Source of the DNA: a virus
Reading direction: 5' to 3' (one strand)
Length of the DNA: 42,664 bases
UHGV virus genome: UHGV-0036008
Part shown: positions 8,768 through 16,767 of the stretch, piece after piece
Layout of the letters: every line of letters starts with the position of its first letter
How positions within the stretch are numbered: position 1 is the stretch's first letter
Translations under genes and position numbers: made by a program
Notes under the pieces: generated by a model
The model's database searches: none
Seen by the model: only the letters and a program-made list of their open reading frames with translations
What the model was told of the DNA's origin: nothing

Positions 8768-9549
8768 ACAACGTTTTTACCGCGATACAAAACCGTGACG
8801 GAGAAGCCCTTTCTCGCATGTCAGGTTATGAGCATCAGTACACCAACAATGACAACGTGGTGAACATGTCAGCAGAGAGGCTTGTTGATGCCCTTTTCAA
8901 ACAGCTGAAACAACTGTTTCCGGCGGCAGTGGTAACCAACCTGAAGACGCAAGAGCAGGAAGTTGCTGCAAAACAGCAGTGGATTGCTGCGTTTGCCGAA
9001 GGGGGGATCCGAACCCGTGAACAGGTTTCTGCTGGTATGCGCCACGCCCGCGCCAGTGAATCTCCGTTCTGGCCGTCGCCAGGGCAATTTATCAAGTGGT
9101 GTAAAGACAGCAAGATGGTTCTTGGCGTCACCATTGACGATGTGATGGCGGAGTTTCACCGGTACAGCAAGGAAAAAAGTTTATATCCTGGTGGTCCCGA
9201 AAGATTCCCGTGGCGACATCCGGTTATGTACTGGGTCGTATGTGATACCCGCCGTGCAATGTATCAGCGCCAGCTTAGCGAGATTGAGGTTGAGAAACAC
9301 GCGCGCAGGCTGCTCGATGATTGGGCGAAAAAGGTGGCTTCCGGACAGCAGATACCCGATCCGGTGATCAGCATACAGGCAAAGCCAGAACCCATGAGTA
9401 CACCTCCGGACACAGGGAGAGACGTTTACCATCCACCAGGGCGAAGTTTCGGGTGCATGCCTAACGCCGCCACCCTGGGGGGAATAACACCGGCGCAGTG
9501 GCTGATGGAGGAATACAGGCGGGGAAAGGCGGCAGGATTTATCAAGTAA
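8764..9549 (+). CDS. P: Replication protein P homolog (helicase loader)
   Basis: Strong similarity by eye to lambda P (FPAAVVTNL...QWIAAFAEGGIRTREQVSAGMRHARASESPFWPSPGQFIKWCKD); GTG start overlapping upstream stop (GTGA) with GGGAGGA RBS. Confidence 0.8.
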   Translation: MNNVFTAIQNRDGEALSRMSGYEHQYTNNDNVVNMSAERLVDALFKQLKQLFPAAVVTNLKTQEQEVAAKQQWIAAFAEGGIRTREQVSAGMRHARASESPFWPSPGQFIKWCKDSKMVLGVTIDDVMAEFHRYSKEKSLYPGGPERFPWRHPVMYWVVCDTRRAMYQRQLSEIEVEKHARRLLDDWAKKVASGQQIPDPVISIQAKPEPMSTPPDTGRDVYHPPGRSFGCMPNAATLGGITPAQWLMEEYRRGKAAGFIK

Positions 9550-9585
9550 TACCAGCGCGATAGCGCATTTTTTTACGTTTCAATG

Positions 9586-9664
9586 ATTACCTGGCGGGTA
9601 ATAAAATATTCTAAAATCTATTGATTTCGTGTCTTATGTGGTTTTTAATTACCTCAAGGGTAAA
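9586..9664. promoter_or_regulatory. Two ATTACC-N5-GGTAA palindromes; the second ends 2 nt before the ATG at 9667
   Basis: ATTACCtggcgGGTAAT at about 9586..9602; ATTACCtcaagGGTAAA at about 9648..9664. Confidence 0.55.
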
Positions 9665-9666
9665 TC

Positions 9667-10011
9667 ATGAGAAAACAGATACAGGCTCTTGGTCGACTCA
9701 AAACAGGCCAGATGAACAAAACAGAATCTGCGTATTGCCAGCACCTTGAGCTGCGTAAACGTGCAGGGGAAATCGCCTGGTATCGATTCGAGGGTATCAA
9801 GCTGCGGTTAGCTGATAACACGTTCTATACGCCAGATTTCGCTGTGATGCTCGCCACCGGAGAGATGGAACTGCACGAAGTGAAAGGTTTCTGGACCGAC
9901 GACGCCAGGGTGAAAACCAAAGTCGCCGCAGATCAATATCCGTTCCGAATCATCGGGGTAACTGTTAAGCCAAAGAAAGCAGGTGGTGGCTGGAAAATCG
10001 AAGAGTTCTGA
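9667..10011 (+). CDS. DUF1064-like protein (putative PD-(D/E)xK-type nuclease)
   Basis: 114 aa; YTPDF...HEVKG...YP motif pattern. Confidence 0.4.
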   Translation: MRKQIQALGRLKTGQMNKTESAYCQHLELRKRAGEIAWYRFEGIKLRLADNTFYTPDFAVMLATGEMELHEVKGFWTDDARVKTKVAADQYPFRIIGVTVKPKKAGGGWKIEEF

Positions 10012-10072
10012 ATCGACGATCTTTTTAGTTATCAATGTAATCAATAAGTTATGTGGATAAGCGAGGATAAAG

Positions 10073-10729
10073 ATGGAAAGTAATATCAAAGGGTTAGTTG
10101 CCGCCGGGCATGAGATGGCTTCGGAACTGAAAGCAGAATGTGGTGCCGTTGATATGCGCAGTGTGGCAAAGCTGATCAGCGATTTGGCAACGCAACTGGA
10201 AGTGCAACTGGTGCGTGCTAATGCGCTGGCCGAAGACCAGCAGAAAGCGATTGAGTCAATTAAGCAGGCTGATGCGGCTGTTAAGTTGGCACACGAGAAG
10301 TTTTCGGCGCTGGCGGCGGAGAATGCGGGGCTTAAGGCCTTCAAAACCGCCGTTTATCAGCAGATGGGCGTCGGATGTGATGCTCCTGAATTCTCCATTA
10401 CGACAGGTTTGAGTAACTTACGTCGTTTTGCTGACACACTCCACGCCATTGAACGTGAGTTCTTTACCAAAGAGCTACCTGATGAAGAGCACGAAGGCGA
10501 AACATTCAATGAATGTCCACTTAGCTGGGGAATGAGCGTCGAACAGTACGTTTCCGAGTTTCGCAAATGCCTGGCTGAAGTGCGGGCGCAGGGATTGGAG
10601 ATGTTTGCACAGAAATGTAACTCAAAATCCGAACAGTCGCTTGCATCTGATATACGCGATAACTGGAAACTACTCGGTGAGCATGCGACTGACTTTGCCG
10701 CAGAGCTTCGCAAAGGAGGCAACCAGTGA
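10073..10729 (+). CDS. Hypothetical coiled-coil protein
   Basis: 218-aa ORF with good RBS (GAGGATAAAG); no recognisable motif. Confidence 0.45.
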   Translation: MESNIKGLVAAGHEMASELKAECGAVDMRSVAKLISDLATQLEVQLVRANALAEDQQKAIESIKQADAAVKLAHEKFSALAAENAGLKAFKTAVYQQMGVGCDAPEFSITTGLSNLRRFADTLHAIEREFFTKELPDEEHEGETFNECPLSWGMSVEQYVSEFRKCLAEVRAQGLEMFAQKCNSKSEQSLASDIRDNWKLLGEHATDFAAELRKGGNQ

Positions 10730-11301
10730 GCGAAATTAATTACCAGGCACTGCGTGAGATAGCAAAACAGGCAACACAAGGCGAATGGGTCGCATTTATT
10801 TCGCCGGGCAAATACGGCACGTACGCCGTGCACACACCAGGTGATAATCATCACGGAGATATTGTCGACTGGCCAGGATTCGACGAACAGAAAAACGCAG
10901 AGAACAACGCTCGTTATATCGCAGCTTTCAACCCTGAAGTAGTGCAGGCGCTTCTGGAAGAACGGGAAAGAAACCAGCAATACATCAAATCCCGCGACCA
11001 GGAGAACGAGGATATTGCGCTAACGGTAGGGAAGCTGCGCGTTGAGCTTGAGGAGACAAAATCAAAACTCAACGAGCAGCGCGAGTATTACGAGGGAGTT
11101 ATCTCTGATGGGTGCAAGCGTATTGCTGAACTGGAAGCGCGGGAAGTTCAATTACCGACTCGCTACGACCTTCGATATGGACACCCCATAAATGCAGATG
11201 AGCGACAAGTCATGATACCTAAAGAAAATGGCAGTTGGCTTTACCTGATTGACCTAGAACACGCATTACGCGTCGCTGACATTCGCATCAAAGGAGAGTG
11301 A
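10726..11301 (+). CDS. Ead/Ea22-like protein
   Basis: N-terminus MSEINYQALREIAKQATQGEW...ARYIAAFNPEVVQALLEE typical of lambdoid Ead/Ea22 family. Confidence 0.5.
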   Translation: MSEINYQALREIAKQATQGEWVAFISPGKYGTYAVHTPGDNHHGDIVDWPGFDEQKNAENNARYIAAFNPEVVQALLEERERNQQYIKSRDQENEDIALTVGKLRVELEETKSKLNEQREYYEGVISDGCKRIAELEAREVQLPTRYDLRYGHPINADERQVMIPKENGSWLYLIDLEHALRVADIRIKGE

Positions 11302-11302
11302 T

Positions 11303-11818
11303 ATGGCGTTAACACACCACGAACTCTGTCAGATTGCGTACAAGTTCCTTAAGCGCAACGGGTTCAAGGTTTGCTTTCATGACCGCTTTGTTGCTGTAAC
11401 CAGTACCGGAGAACAGCCAGATGCTATGGGATTCAGAAATTCAGCATCATGCCTGATAGAGGCGAAGTGTTCTCGTGCTGACTTGTTGGCAGATAGAAAA
11501 AAGCGTTTCCGTAAAAATCCCTCACTTGGCATGGGCGACTGGCGATTCTTTATTAGTGAGCCGGAAATTATTTCAGTTGAGGATTTACCTCCCGGCTGGG
11601 GATTACTTCACGTTGTTAACGGAAGAGTACGGAAAGTACATGGATGGCCCAGGGGTAATTGCTGTTGGGGTAATCCTGACGATAAGCCATTTACCGGGAA
11701 TAAGCAGGTTGAATGCGATTACATGTTATCTGCATTAAGGCGCATGGAGTTGAGAGGGCACCTTAATGAAATATATGACGGTGTGATTGTTAATAAGAAA
11801 GAAGGAAACGCGGCATGA
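11303..11818 (+). CDS. Hypothetical protein, possible PD-(D/E)xK nuclease fold
   Basis: 171 aa; D...EAKCS..D-like motif; weak assignment. Confidence 0.4.
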   Translation: MALTHHELCQIAYKFLKRNGFKVCFHDRFVAVTSTGEQPDAMGFRNSASCLIEAKCSRADLLADRKKRFRKNPSLGMGDWRFFISEPEIISVEDLPPGWGLLHVVNGRVRKVHGWPRGNCCWGNPDDKPFTGNKQVECDYMLSALRRMELRGHLNEIYDGVIVNKKEGNAA

Positions 11819-12720
11819 TCACTATTACCAAAGGGCGACTGCTGACAATCAAGCAGTGGCGCGAAACATACGGACCGGGTAGCAACGTTGTACTGCCAGC
11901 AGAAGAAGCGGAAGAACTGGCACGGATTGCACTGGCATCGCTGGAAGCAGATCCCGTTAAACGAGTTAACTCAGATCAGATGCACCGAGTCTGCTTAGAA
12001 GCTAATCGCTATTTAGATAAATATGACGCGATGGCGAAAGAGGTAAATAAGTTGCTTGGACGCATCGCCCCGCCAGCGCCGGTATTGCCTCATGAGTGGA
12101 GGCTGTCAAATGCACAGGCGTTTATCGAGCGATACTCTCCGCCTTCAGTGGAAGAAGCCGCACTATTTGCCTGGAACTCCTGCCGCGCCGCCATGCTTCA
12201 GTCCGGAAACTTTCGGGAAAACAAGAATTCGTCAACCAATAATTTTCGGGAAATCGCGGAAACGTCAACCAACTATCCGGCAATTCCTAGTGAGGTGTTG
12301 TCCGCAATCCTGAAGGTTGCCAGGATTCGTGCCGATTTCGATGATTTTGACGGTGACAGGCGAGGTATCGGTGATTGTCTGGATGAGGCTGAGCAAGAGC
12401 TTATCGTTACCATTAACAAATATGCCAGTCAGTTGGCAGCAGAACCTATAGCGCCTAATGACGTTCGAGAGCAGACAGCCATTCCACAAGTTCCGGTAAC
12501 TCCGGATGGTTGGATAAGCTGTAGTGAGCGAATGCCGGATACCAAAACAGCCGTTCTTGTTGCCAGGGAGTTTGACAGGAAAGGTGACTGGCGAATGAAA
12601 TGGGCGACTTACATCCCGGGGCATCCTGACGCTAATGATGGGTGGGTAATACCTGGTGCGTCGTGGATACCATCACACTGGATGCCGCTACCAGAACCGC
12701 CGCAGCATGATGGTGAATAA
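11815..12720 (+). CDS. DUF551 domain-containing protein
   Basis: C-terminal WISCSERMPD...GWVIPGASWIPSHWMPLPEPP resembles DUF551 found in lambdoid accessory proteins. Confidence 0.5.
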   Translation: MITITKGRLLTIKQWRETYGPGSNVVLPAEEAEELARIALASLEADPVKRVNSDQMHRVCLEANRYLDKYDAMAKEVNKLLGRIAPPAPVLPHEWRLSNAQAFIERYSPPSVEEAALFAWNSCRAAMLQSGNFRENKNSSTNNFREIAETSTNYPAIPSEVLSAILKVARIRADFDDFDGDRRGIGDCLDEAEQELIVTINKYASQLAAEPIAPNDVREQTAIPQVPVTPDGWISCSERMPDTKTAVLVAREFDRKGDWRMKWATYIPGHPDANDGWVIPGASWIPSHWMPLPEPPQHDGE

Positions 12721-12799
12721 TGCCGCCAGTTAAAGTTGTGATTATCACTTTGGTGATGATAGTGATTGCGAGAATCATGTCTGGTGAAATTGGGTGGAT

Positions 12800-13144
12800 A
12801 TGGTAATGACCAAGGCAGCAGCAGAGCGCAAAGCCGCTCAGATAGCCAGACAAGCTGCATCTGGTGTGCGTAAGCTGGAGATTGTGCTTGATGCTCAGGA
12901 AATTGAAATGCTGGAGCGTAACTGTGCCACACGTCGCCCCGGGCGTGCGCCTTACGAATTTGGTGAGTATATAGCGTTACTGATCCGCCAGGATGATGCG
13001 CGCGTGCACGGGCGTATAAAATCGATCAGCAGAAAACGTTGCGGTAAGTGCGGCGAGAGAGTTCCTGTGAATTCATGCCCGTGTAATGGTGACTCGCAAT
13101 GCTGGGTGACTAAAGGCTGGCATGAAACGAAATTAATATTGTGA
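12800..13144 (+). CDS. Hypothetical protein with C-terminal Cys4 zinc-ribbon; candidate late regulator
   Basis: CGKCG...CPCNG..QCW motif; last gene before terminase; stop embedded in GTGACATGTCAC palindrome. Confidence 0.35.
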   Translation: MVMTKAAAERKAAQIARQAASGVRKLEIVLDAQEIEMLERNCATRRPGRAPYEFGEYIALLIRQDDARVHGRIKSISRKRCGKCGERVPVNSCPCNGDSQCWVTKGWHETKLIL

Positions 13145-13152
13145 CATGTCAC
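13141..13152. repeat. Perfect 12-bp palindrome GTGACATGTCAC (copy 1)
   Basis: Identical copy at about 15406..15417; the two copies bracket terS-terL. Confidence 0.7.
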
Positions 13153-13229
13153 GAGTGGGTTATGCATGATGAATTTGATGGGTTTTGAATACTGCCGCCA
13201 ACTATGGCGGCTTTATTTTGCATGGTACT

Positions 13230-13264
13230 ATTACCACAACGGTAACTATTACCACGGTGGTTAT
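13230..13264. promoter_or_regulatory. Tandem ATTACC-N5-GGTAA(C/T) sites directly upstream of, and overlapping, the terS start codon
   Basis: ATTACCacaacGGTAAC then ATTACCacggtGGTTAT read from sequence. Confidence 0.5.
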
Positions 13265-13859
13265 GATGCCTGCTGAACCTAAAACCTATAAACGCAAATC
13301 AACGCAATTTAAGCCACTAACAGCAATGCAGGAGGCTTATTGCCAGTCATACATCAAAACGCCTGAAAACCAGACTCAGGCTGCGATTAATGCAGGATTC
13401 TCCCCAAATACAGCGGCAGTTAAAGCCAGTGTCATGATGCGCGATGAACGCATTCAGAAACGGATTGCCGAGTTGATGGAGGAGCGCAACAAACGAATGC
13501 GCGTCAGTGCTGATTACGTTCTCATGCGCCTGGTGGAGATCGACCAGATGGACGTGATTGACATTCTCAACGACGATGGGAGCCTTAAGCCAATCCGCGA
13601 GTGGCCGAAAATCTGGCGCACTACGCTTAGCGGCTTTGATCTGTCATCGACCATCATGAACATGAACGAGGATTCGATAGAGACAATCCTCAAAAAAATT
13701 AAATGGCCTGACAAGGTGAAGAACCTCGAACTGATTGGTAAGCACGTCGACGTCAACGCATTCAAAGAACGCCTGGATGTTAATGTGAATGTGACAATTG
13801 CTGATCGCATAGCAGCAGCCAGGAAGCGACTCAAAGAACGTCAGGATGGCAATCAGTGA
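13263..13859 (+). CDS. terS: Terminase small subunit (Terminase_2-type)
   Basis: LTAMQEAYCQSYIKTPENQTQAAINAGFSPNTAAVKAS motif; start at internal MM of track ORF; stop overlaps terL start. Confidence 0.75.
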   Translation: MMPAEPKTYKRKSTQFKPLTAMQEAYCQSYIKTPENQTQAAINAGFSPNTAAVKASVMMRDERIQKRIAELMEERNKRMRVSADYVLMRLVEIDQMDVIDILNDDGSLKPIREWPKIWRTTLSGFDLSSTIMNMNEDSIETILKKIKWPDKVKNLELIGKHVDVNAFKERLDVNVNVTIADRIAAARKRLKERQDGNQ

Positions 13860-15331
13860 CAGATGCAGCGTTATCTCCTGAAGAACAGTTGATCGAGGAT
13901 ATTGCAGGGTTCACTCACGATCCGCTTGGCTATGCCCTCTATGCGTTCCCATGGGGGGAAGAGGGGACTGAACTGGCACATGCCACCGGCCCACGTCAGT
14001 GGCAGGCTGATGCGTTCCGAGAGATACGTGATCACCTGCAGAATCCAGAGACGCGATATCAGCCGCTTATGCTGGCACGTGCTTCTGGTCACGGTATTGG
14101 TAAATCCGCATTCATCTCAATGCTGATCAACTGGGGCATGTCCACTTGCGAGGATTGTAAGGTCGTGGTGACCGCCAACACCGACAACCAGCTACGAACG
14201 AAGACCTGGCCGGAAATTATCAAGTGGTCAAACCTTGCTATCACGAAAGACTGGTTTACCTGTACCGCTACCGCGATGTACAGCAATGACCCTGGGCACG
14301 ACAAGCGGTGGCGAGCTGACGCAATCCCCTGGTCTGAGCACAACACTGAGGCATTCGCCGGACTACACAACGAGCGTAAACGCATCATCGTGGTATTTGA
14401 TGAAGCGTCGAACATTGCGGATCTGGTGTGGGAAGTTGCCGAGGGTGCGCTAACGGACGAAGACACTGAGATTATCTGGGTGGCTTTCGGAAACCCTACA
14501 CGTAACACCGGGCGTTTCCGTGAATGTTTCCGCAAATACAAACACCGCTGGAAAACTGCGCAGATTGACAGCAGGACGGTGGAAGGCACCAACAAACAGC
14601 AGTTGCAGAAATGGGTTGATGACTACGGGGAAGATAGCGACTTCGTTAAAATCCGTGTGCGTGGCATATTCCCTGATGCATCTGAATTGCAGTTTATCCC
14701 TACCGGTCTTACTGACGAGGCAATGAAACGGGTGGTAACCGCTGCGCAGGTTGCACATGCTCCGGTGATAATCGGCGTTGACCCGGCATACTCCGGCGTT
14801 GATGACGCTGTGATATACCTGCGGCAGGGGCTACACAGTAAGGTGCTGTGGACTGGCAACAAGACTACCGACGATCTGATTATGGCGAAGCGTATCGCTG
14901 ACTTTGAAGACCAGTATCAGGCTGACGCGGTGTTCATCGACTTCGGTTACGGAACCGGTTTGAAGTCAATCGGTGACGGCTGGGGTCGTACATGGCAACT
15001 TGTTCCGTTCGGTGGCGCGTCTACTGACCCGCAGATGCTTAACAAGCGTGGGGAGATGTTCAACTCATGTAAGACATGGCTGAGGCTGGGCGGCATGCTG
15101 GATGACCAGGAAACTGCAGACGACCTGTCGGCGGCAGAGTACAAAGTTCGCGTGGACGGTAAAATCGTTATCGAACCGAAGGAGGATATCAAGGAGCGGC
15201 TTGGGCGTTCGCCGGGTAAAGGCGATGCGCTACTGCTGACGTTTGCGTTCCCTGTGTCGAAGCGTCTGCGAATTCCCGGTCAGCAGAACCAGCAAGGCAA
15301 GGCCATCACAGATTACGATCCCTATGCTTAA
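13856..15331 (+). CDS. terL: Terminase large subunit
   Basis: 491 aa; Walker A-like ASGHGIGKS; GTG start overlapping terS stop; typical size and position. Confidence 0.85.
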   Translation: MTDAALSPEEQLIEDIAGFTHDPLGYALYAFPWGEEGTELAHATGPRQWQADAFREIRDHLQNPETRYQPLMLARASGHGIGKSAFISMLINWGMSTCEDCKVVVTANTDNQLRTKTWPEIIKWSNLAITKDWFTCTATAMYSNDPGHDKRWRADAIPWSEHNTEAFAGLHNERKRIIVVFDEASNIADLVWEVAEGALTDEDTEIIWVAFGNPTRNTGRFRECFRKYKHRWKTAQIDSRTVEGTNKQQLQKWVDDYGEDSDFVKIRVRGIFPDASELQFIPTGLTDEAMKRVVTAAQVAHAPVIIGVDPAYSGVDDAVIYLRQGLHSKVLWTGNKTTDDLIMAKRIADFEDQYQADAVFIDFGYGTGLKSIGDGWGRTWQLVPFGGASTDPQMLNKRGEMFNSCKTWLRLGGMLDDQETADDLSAAEYKVRVDGKIVIEPKEDIKERLGRSPGKGDALLLTFAFPVSKRLRIPGQQNQQGKAITDYDPYA

Positions 15332-15374
15332 TCCGCTGGTGGGGATAATATCGTTGATATCCTCTGGTGAGGAT

Positions 15375-15408
15375 AAAACAAAGCCAGCTCATAGGCTGGC
15401 TGTTTGTG
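15375..15408. terminator. Bidirectional intrinsic terminator between terL and convergent moron gene
   Basis: AGCCAGC-TCATAG-GCTGGCT hairpin flanked by A-run and T-rich tract. Confidence 0.5.
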
Positions 15409-15417
15409 ACATGTCAC
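15406..15417. repeat. Perfect 12-bp palindrome GTGACATGTCAC (copy 2)
   Basis: Identical to 13141..13152 including flanking TTGTGACATGTCACG. Confidence 0.7.
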
Positions 15418-15421
15418 GGCG

Positions 15422-15844
15422 TTAGAAGGTTATTTTATCGAATGCGGCGTTGATTGCCTTGGCGTCCTGCTCAGCACCAACCACATCAAGTAAAGATCTT
15501 TTACTAAGCACTTCAGCCAGGCATTGTAACTTCATGTTGTATAAGTTTTCGCGCATGTAATCATCATCACTTTTTTCTTTGGCGTATACAGCGCGAGAAA
15601 TATCAAACACATTGCCTTTTTCCATTTCAGTTTTCTGCGCTGAAATCCAGTCATGGCAAGTAACTCCTATTCCATGGTCATCGCTAAGCGTTAACCCGGC
15701 AAGTCGCTCACCTGGAATTGCTTCACAAAGCATTTCATTTCCTGCAAAAACACCATAAAAAATTGAGTCATCACCCTGAACAATGCGTACATATTTGCAC
15801 GGCCATTCATTTAGATATTTAGCTAGCATGTCGGCTGTTTTCAT
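15422..15844 (-). CDS. Hypothetical moron protein downstream of phage tRNA
   Basis: 140 aa from internal Met of track ORF (MKTADMLAKYLNEWPCKYV...); AGGTGA RBS; preceded within 10 nt by a terminator hairpin plus U8. Confidence 0.45.
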   Translation of the reverse strand: MKTADMLAKYLNEWPCKYVRIVQGDDSIFYGVFAGNEMLCEAIPGERLAGLTLSDDHGIGVTCHDWISAQKTEMEKGNVFDISRAVYAKEKSDDDYMRENLYNMKLQCLAEVLSKRSLLDVVGAEQDAKAINAAFDKITF

Positions 15845-15853
15845 GATCTCACC

Positions 15854-15879
15854 TAAAAAAAATGCCCGGCGAATCGGGC
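15854..15879 (-). terminator. Intrinsic terminator or attenuator immediately upstream of moron gene RBS
   Basis: GCCCGATTCGCCGGGC hairpin followed by U8 on minus strand; coordinates approximate. Confidence 0.45.
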
Positions 15880-15956
15880 GAACTGGAAGCAATGAGTTAT
15901 GCCTTCCGTGGCTGTACTGGTTTACAGCATGAAGCCATCGCAATGGCGTCATGCTG

Positions 15957-15999
15957 TAAAAAGGGCGGTGATAGTCCTTCAAGGGAAACCATCACCGCC
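15957..15999 (-). terminator. Intrinsic terminator downstream of tRNA-Arg
   Basis: GGCGGTGAT(N18)ATCACCGCC hairpin followed by CUUUUU on minus strand; coordinates approximate. Confidence 0.45.
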
Positions 16000-16042
16000 A
16001 AGCCCCTGGAACTTCTGGCATCACGGTCCTTAGGCGTGATTC

Positions 16043-16119
16043 TGGCGTGGCATGCAGGATTCGAACCTGCGACCAACCGCTTAGAAAGCGGTTGCTCTGT
16101 CCAGCTGAGCTAATGCCAC
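16043..16119 (-). tRNA. tRNA-Arg (anticodon UCU), phage-encoded, argU-like
   Basis: 77-nt cloverleaf read from reverse complement: acceptor GTGGCAT/ATGCCAC, D-arm GCTC/GAGC, anticodon stem ACCGC/GCGGT with loop TTTCTAA, T-arm GCAGG-TTCGAAT-CCTGC, 3' CCA. Confidence 0.85.
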
Positions 16120-16440
16120 AACGCTGAGAGCACTTAGCCTGTTAAGGCGCCACACTTTGTCGCGGCTCCATAAATGCTCTCATCGTTGTACCCTCGTCTC
16201 TTCCGAGGCGTCACACCGAATCGCCGGGATGGTGAATCCCCGTGCGCGGAATAAAACCGCTCGACTTGCACATTCCGGCTACCTGGTTCGTTTGCCACAG
16301 CCAGGGAGGGTGCCCCTTAAACGTATCCAGACCGCTATCGGCGCATGTGCCATACGCCGTACTGCTCAAAATAAAAGCTCACTCCACCTGTTCAATTTAA
16401 CGACAAGCCAGTCAGGTTAGTAACCGGAATGAACTCTTTG
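16120..16440 (-). other. About 320-nt GC-rich non-coding leader upstream of tRNA-Arg
   Basis: No credible ORF on either strand; lies between palindromic operator site and tRNA. Confidence 0.35.
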
Positions 16441-16457
16441 GTTACCTGAAAGGTAAT
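16441..16457. promoter_or_regulatory. ATTACC-N5-GGTAAT-type site (GTTACCtgaaaGGTAAT) in divergent region between tRNA locus and head operon
   Basis: Read from sequence. Confidence 0.5.
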
Positions 16458-16546
16458 AATTTGTGCGTTAAATGTCAACTACCTACGATAAATAAATCAT
16501 ATGTGGTTAAATTGGTAATAATTTAATTGCGTACGGAGTCATTGAT

Positions 16547-16753
16547 ATGTGCATGGGTAGCTCACCATCAGTGCCTGCAACACCAGAAGTTCAGGCAGCA
16601 CCACAGGAGCAGGATGCCGCCGTTGTTGATGCCCGCGACGAAGAAACTCGTCGCCGTCGCGCTGCTGCTGGTCGTAGTTCTACGCTGCTTACCGGTTCTC
16701 AGGGTGACACATCAACCGCTAATACCAGCGGTAAAACGCTGCTTGGTCAGTAA
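16547..16753 (+). CDS. Hypothetical small protein upstream of portal
   Basis: 68 aa; translation initiation region CGGAGTCATTGATATG almost identical to that of the portal gene; the 16527 frame looks non-coding. Confidence 0.35.
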   Translation: MCMGSSPSVPATPEVQAAPQEQDAAVVDARDEETRRRRAAAGRSSTLLTGSQGDTSTANTSGKTLLGQ

Positions 16754-16767
16754 CCGGAGTCATTGAA

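Noticed and set aside
12721-12793. Lambda-operator-like GTGATTATCAC / GGTGATGATAGTGATTG motifs upstream of gene 12800
   Set aside because: Single locus, imperfect symmetry, not repeated elsewhere; insufficient to call an operator.
13141-13152. CRP or FNR binding site interpretation of TGTGACATGTCAC
   Set aside because: Half-site spacing is 2-4 bp rather than the 6 bp of CRP (TGTGA-N6-TCACA) or the FNR consensus (TTGAT-N4-ATCAA).
15862-16113. 83-aa plus-strand ORF in the track
   Set aside because: It runs antisense across the tRNA-Arg gene and its terminators; its frame only stays open because of the structured GC-rich RNA region. Artefact.
16043-16119. tRNA-Arg as the host integration target (att site) of the prophage
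   Set aside because: It is flanked on both sides by phage packaging and head genes (terL and portal) and has its own phage operator site, so it is phage-borne cargo, not the chromosomal att tRNA.
16157-16420. 87-aa plus-strand ORF inside the leader upstream of the tRNA
   Set aside because: No RBS, Arg/Pro/Ala-rich composition typical of GC-rich non-coding sequence, and it overlaps predicted RNA structure.
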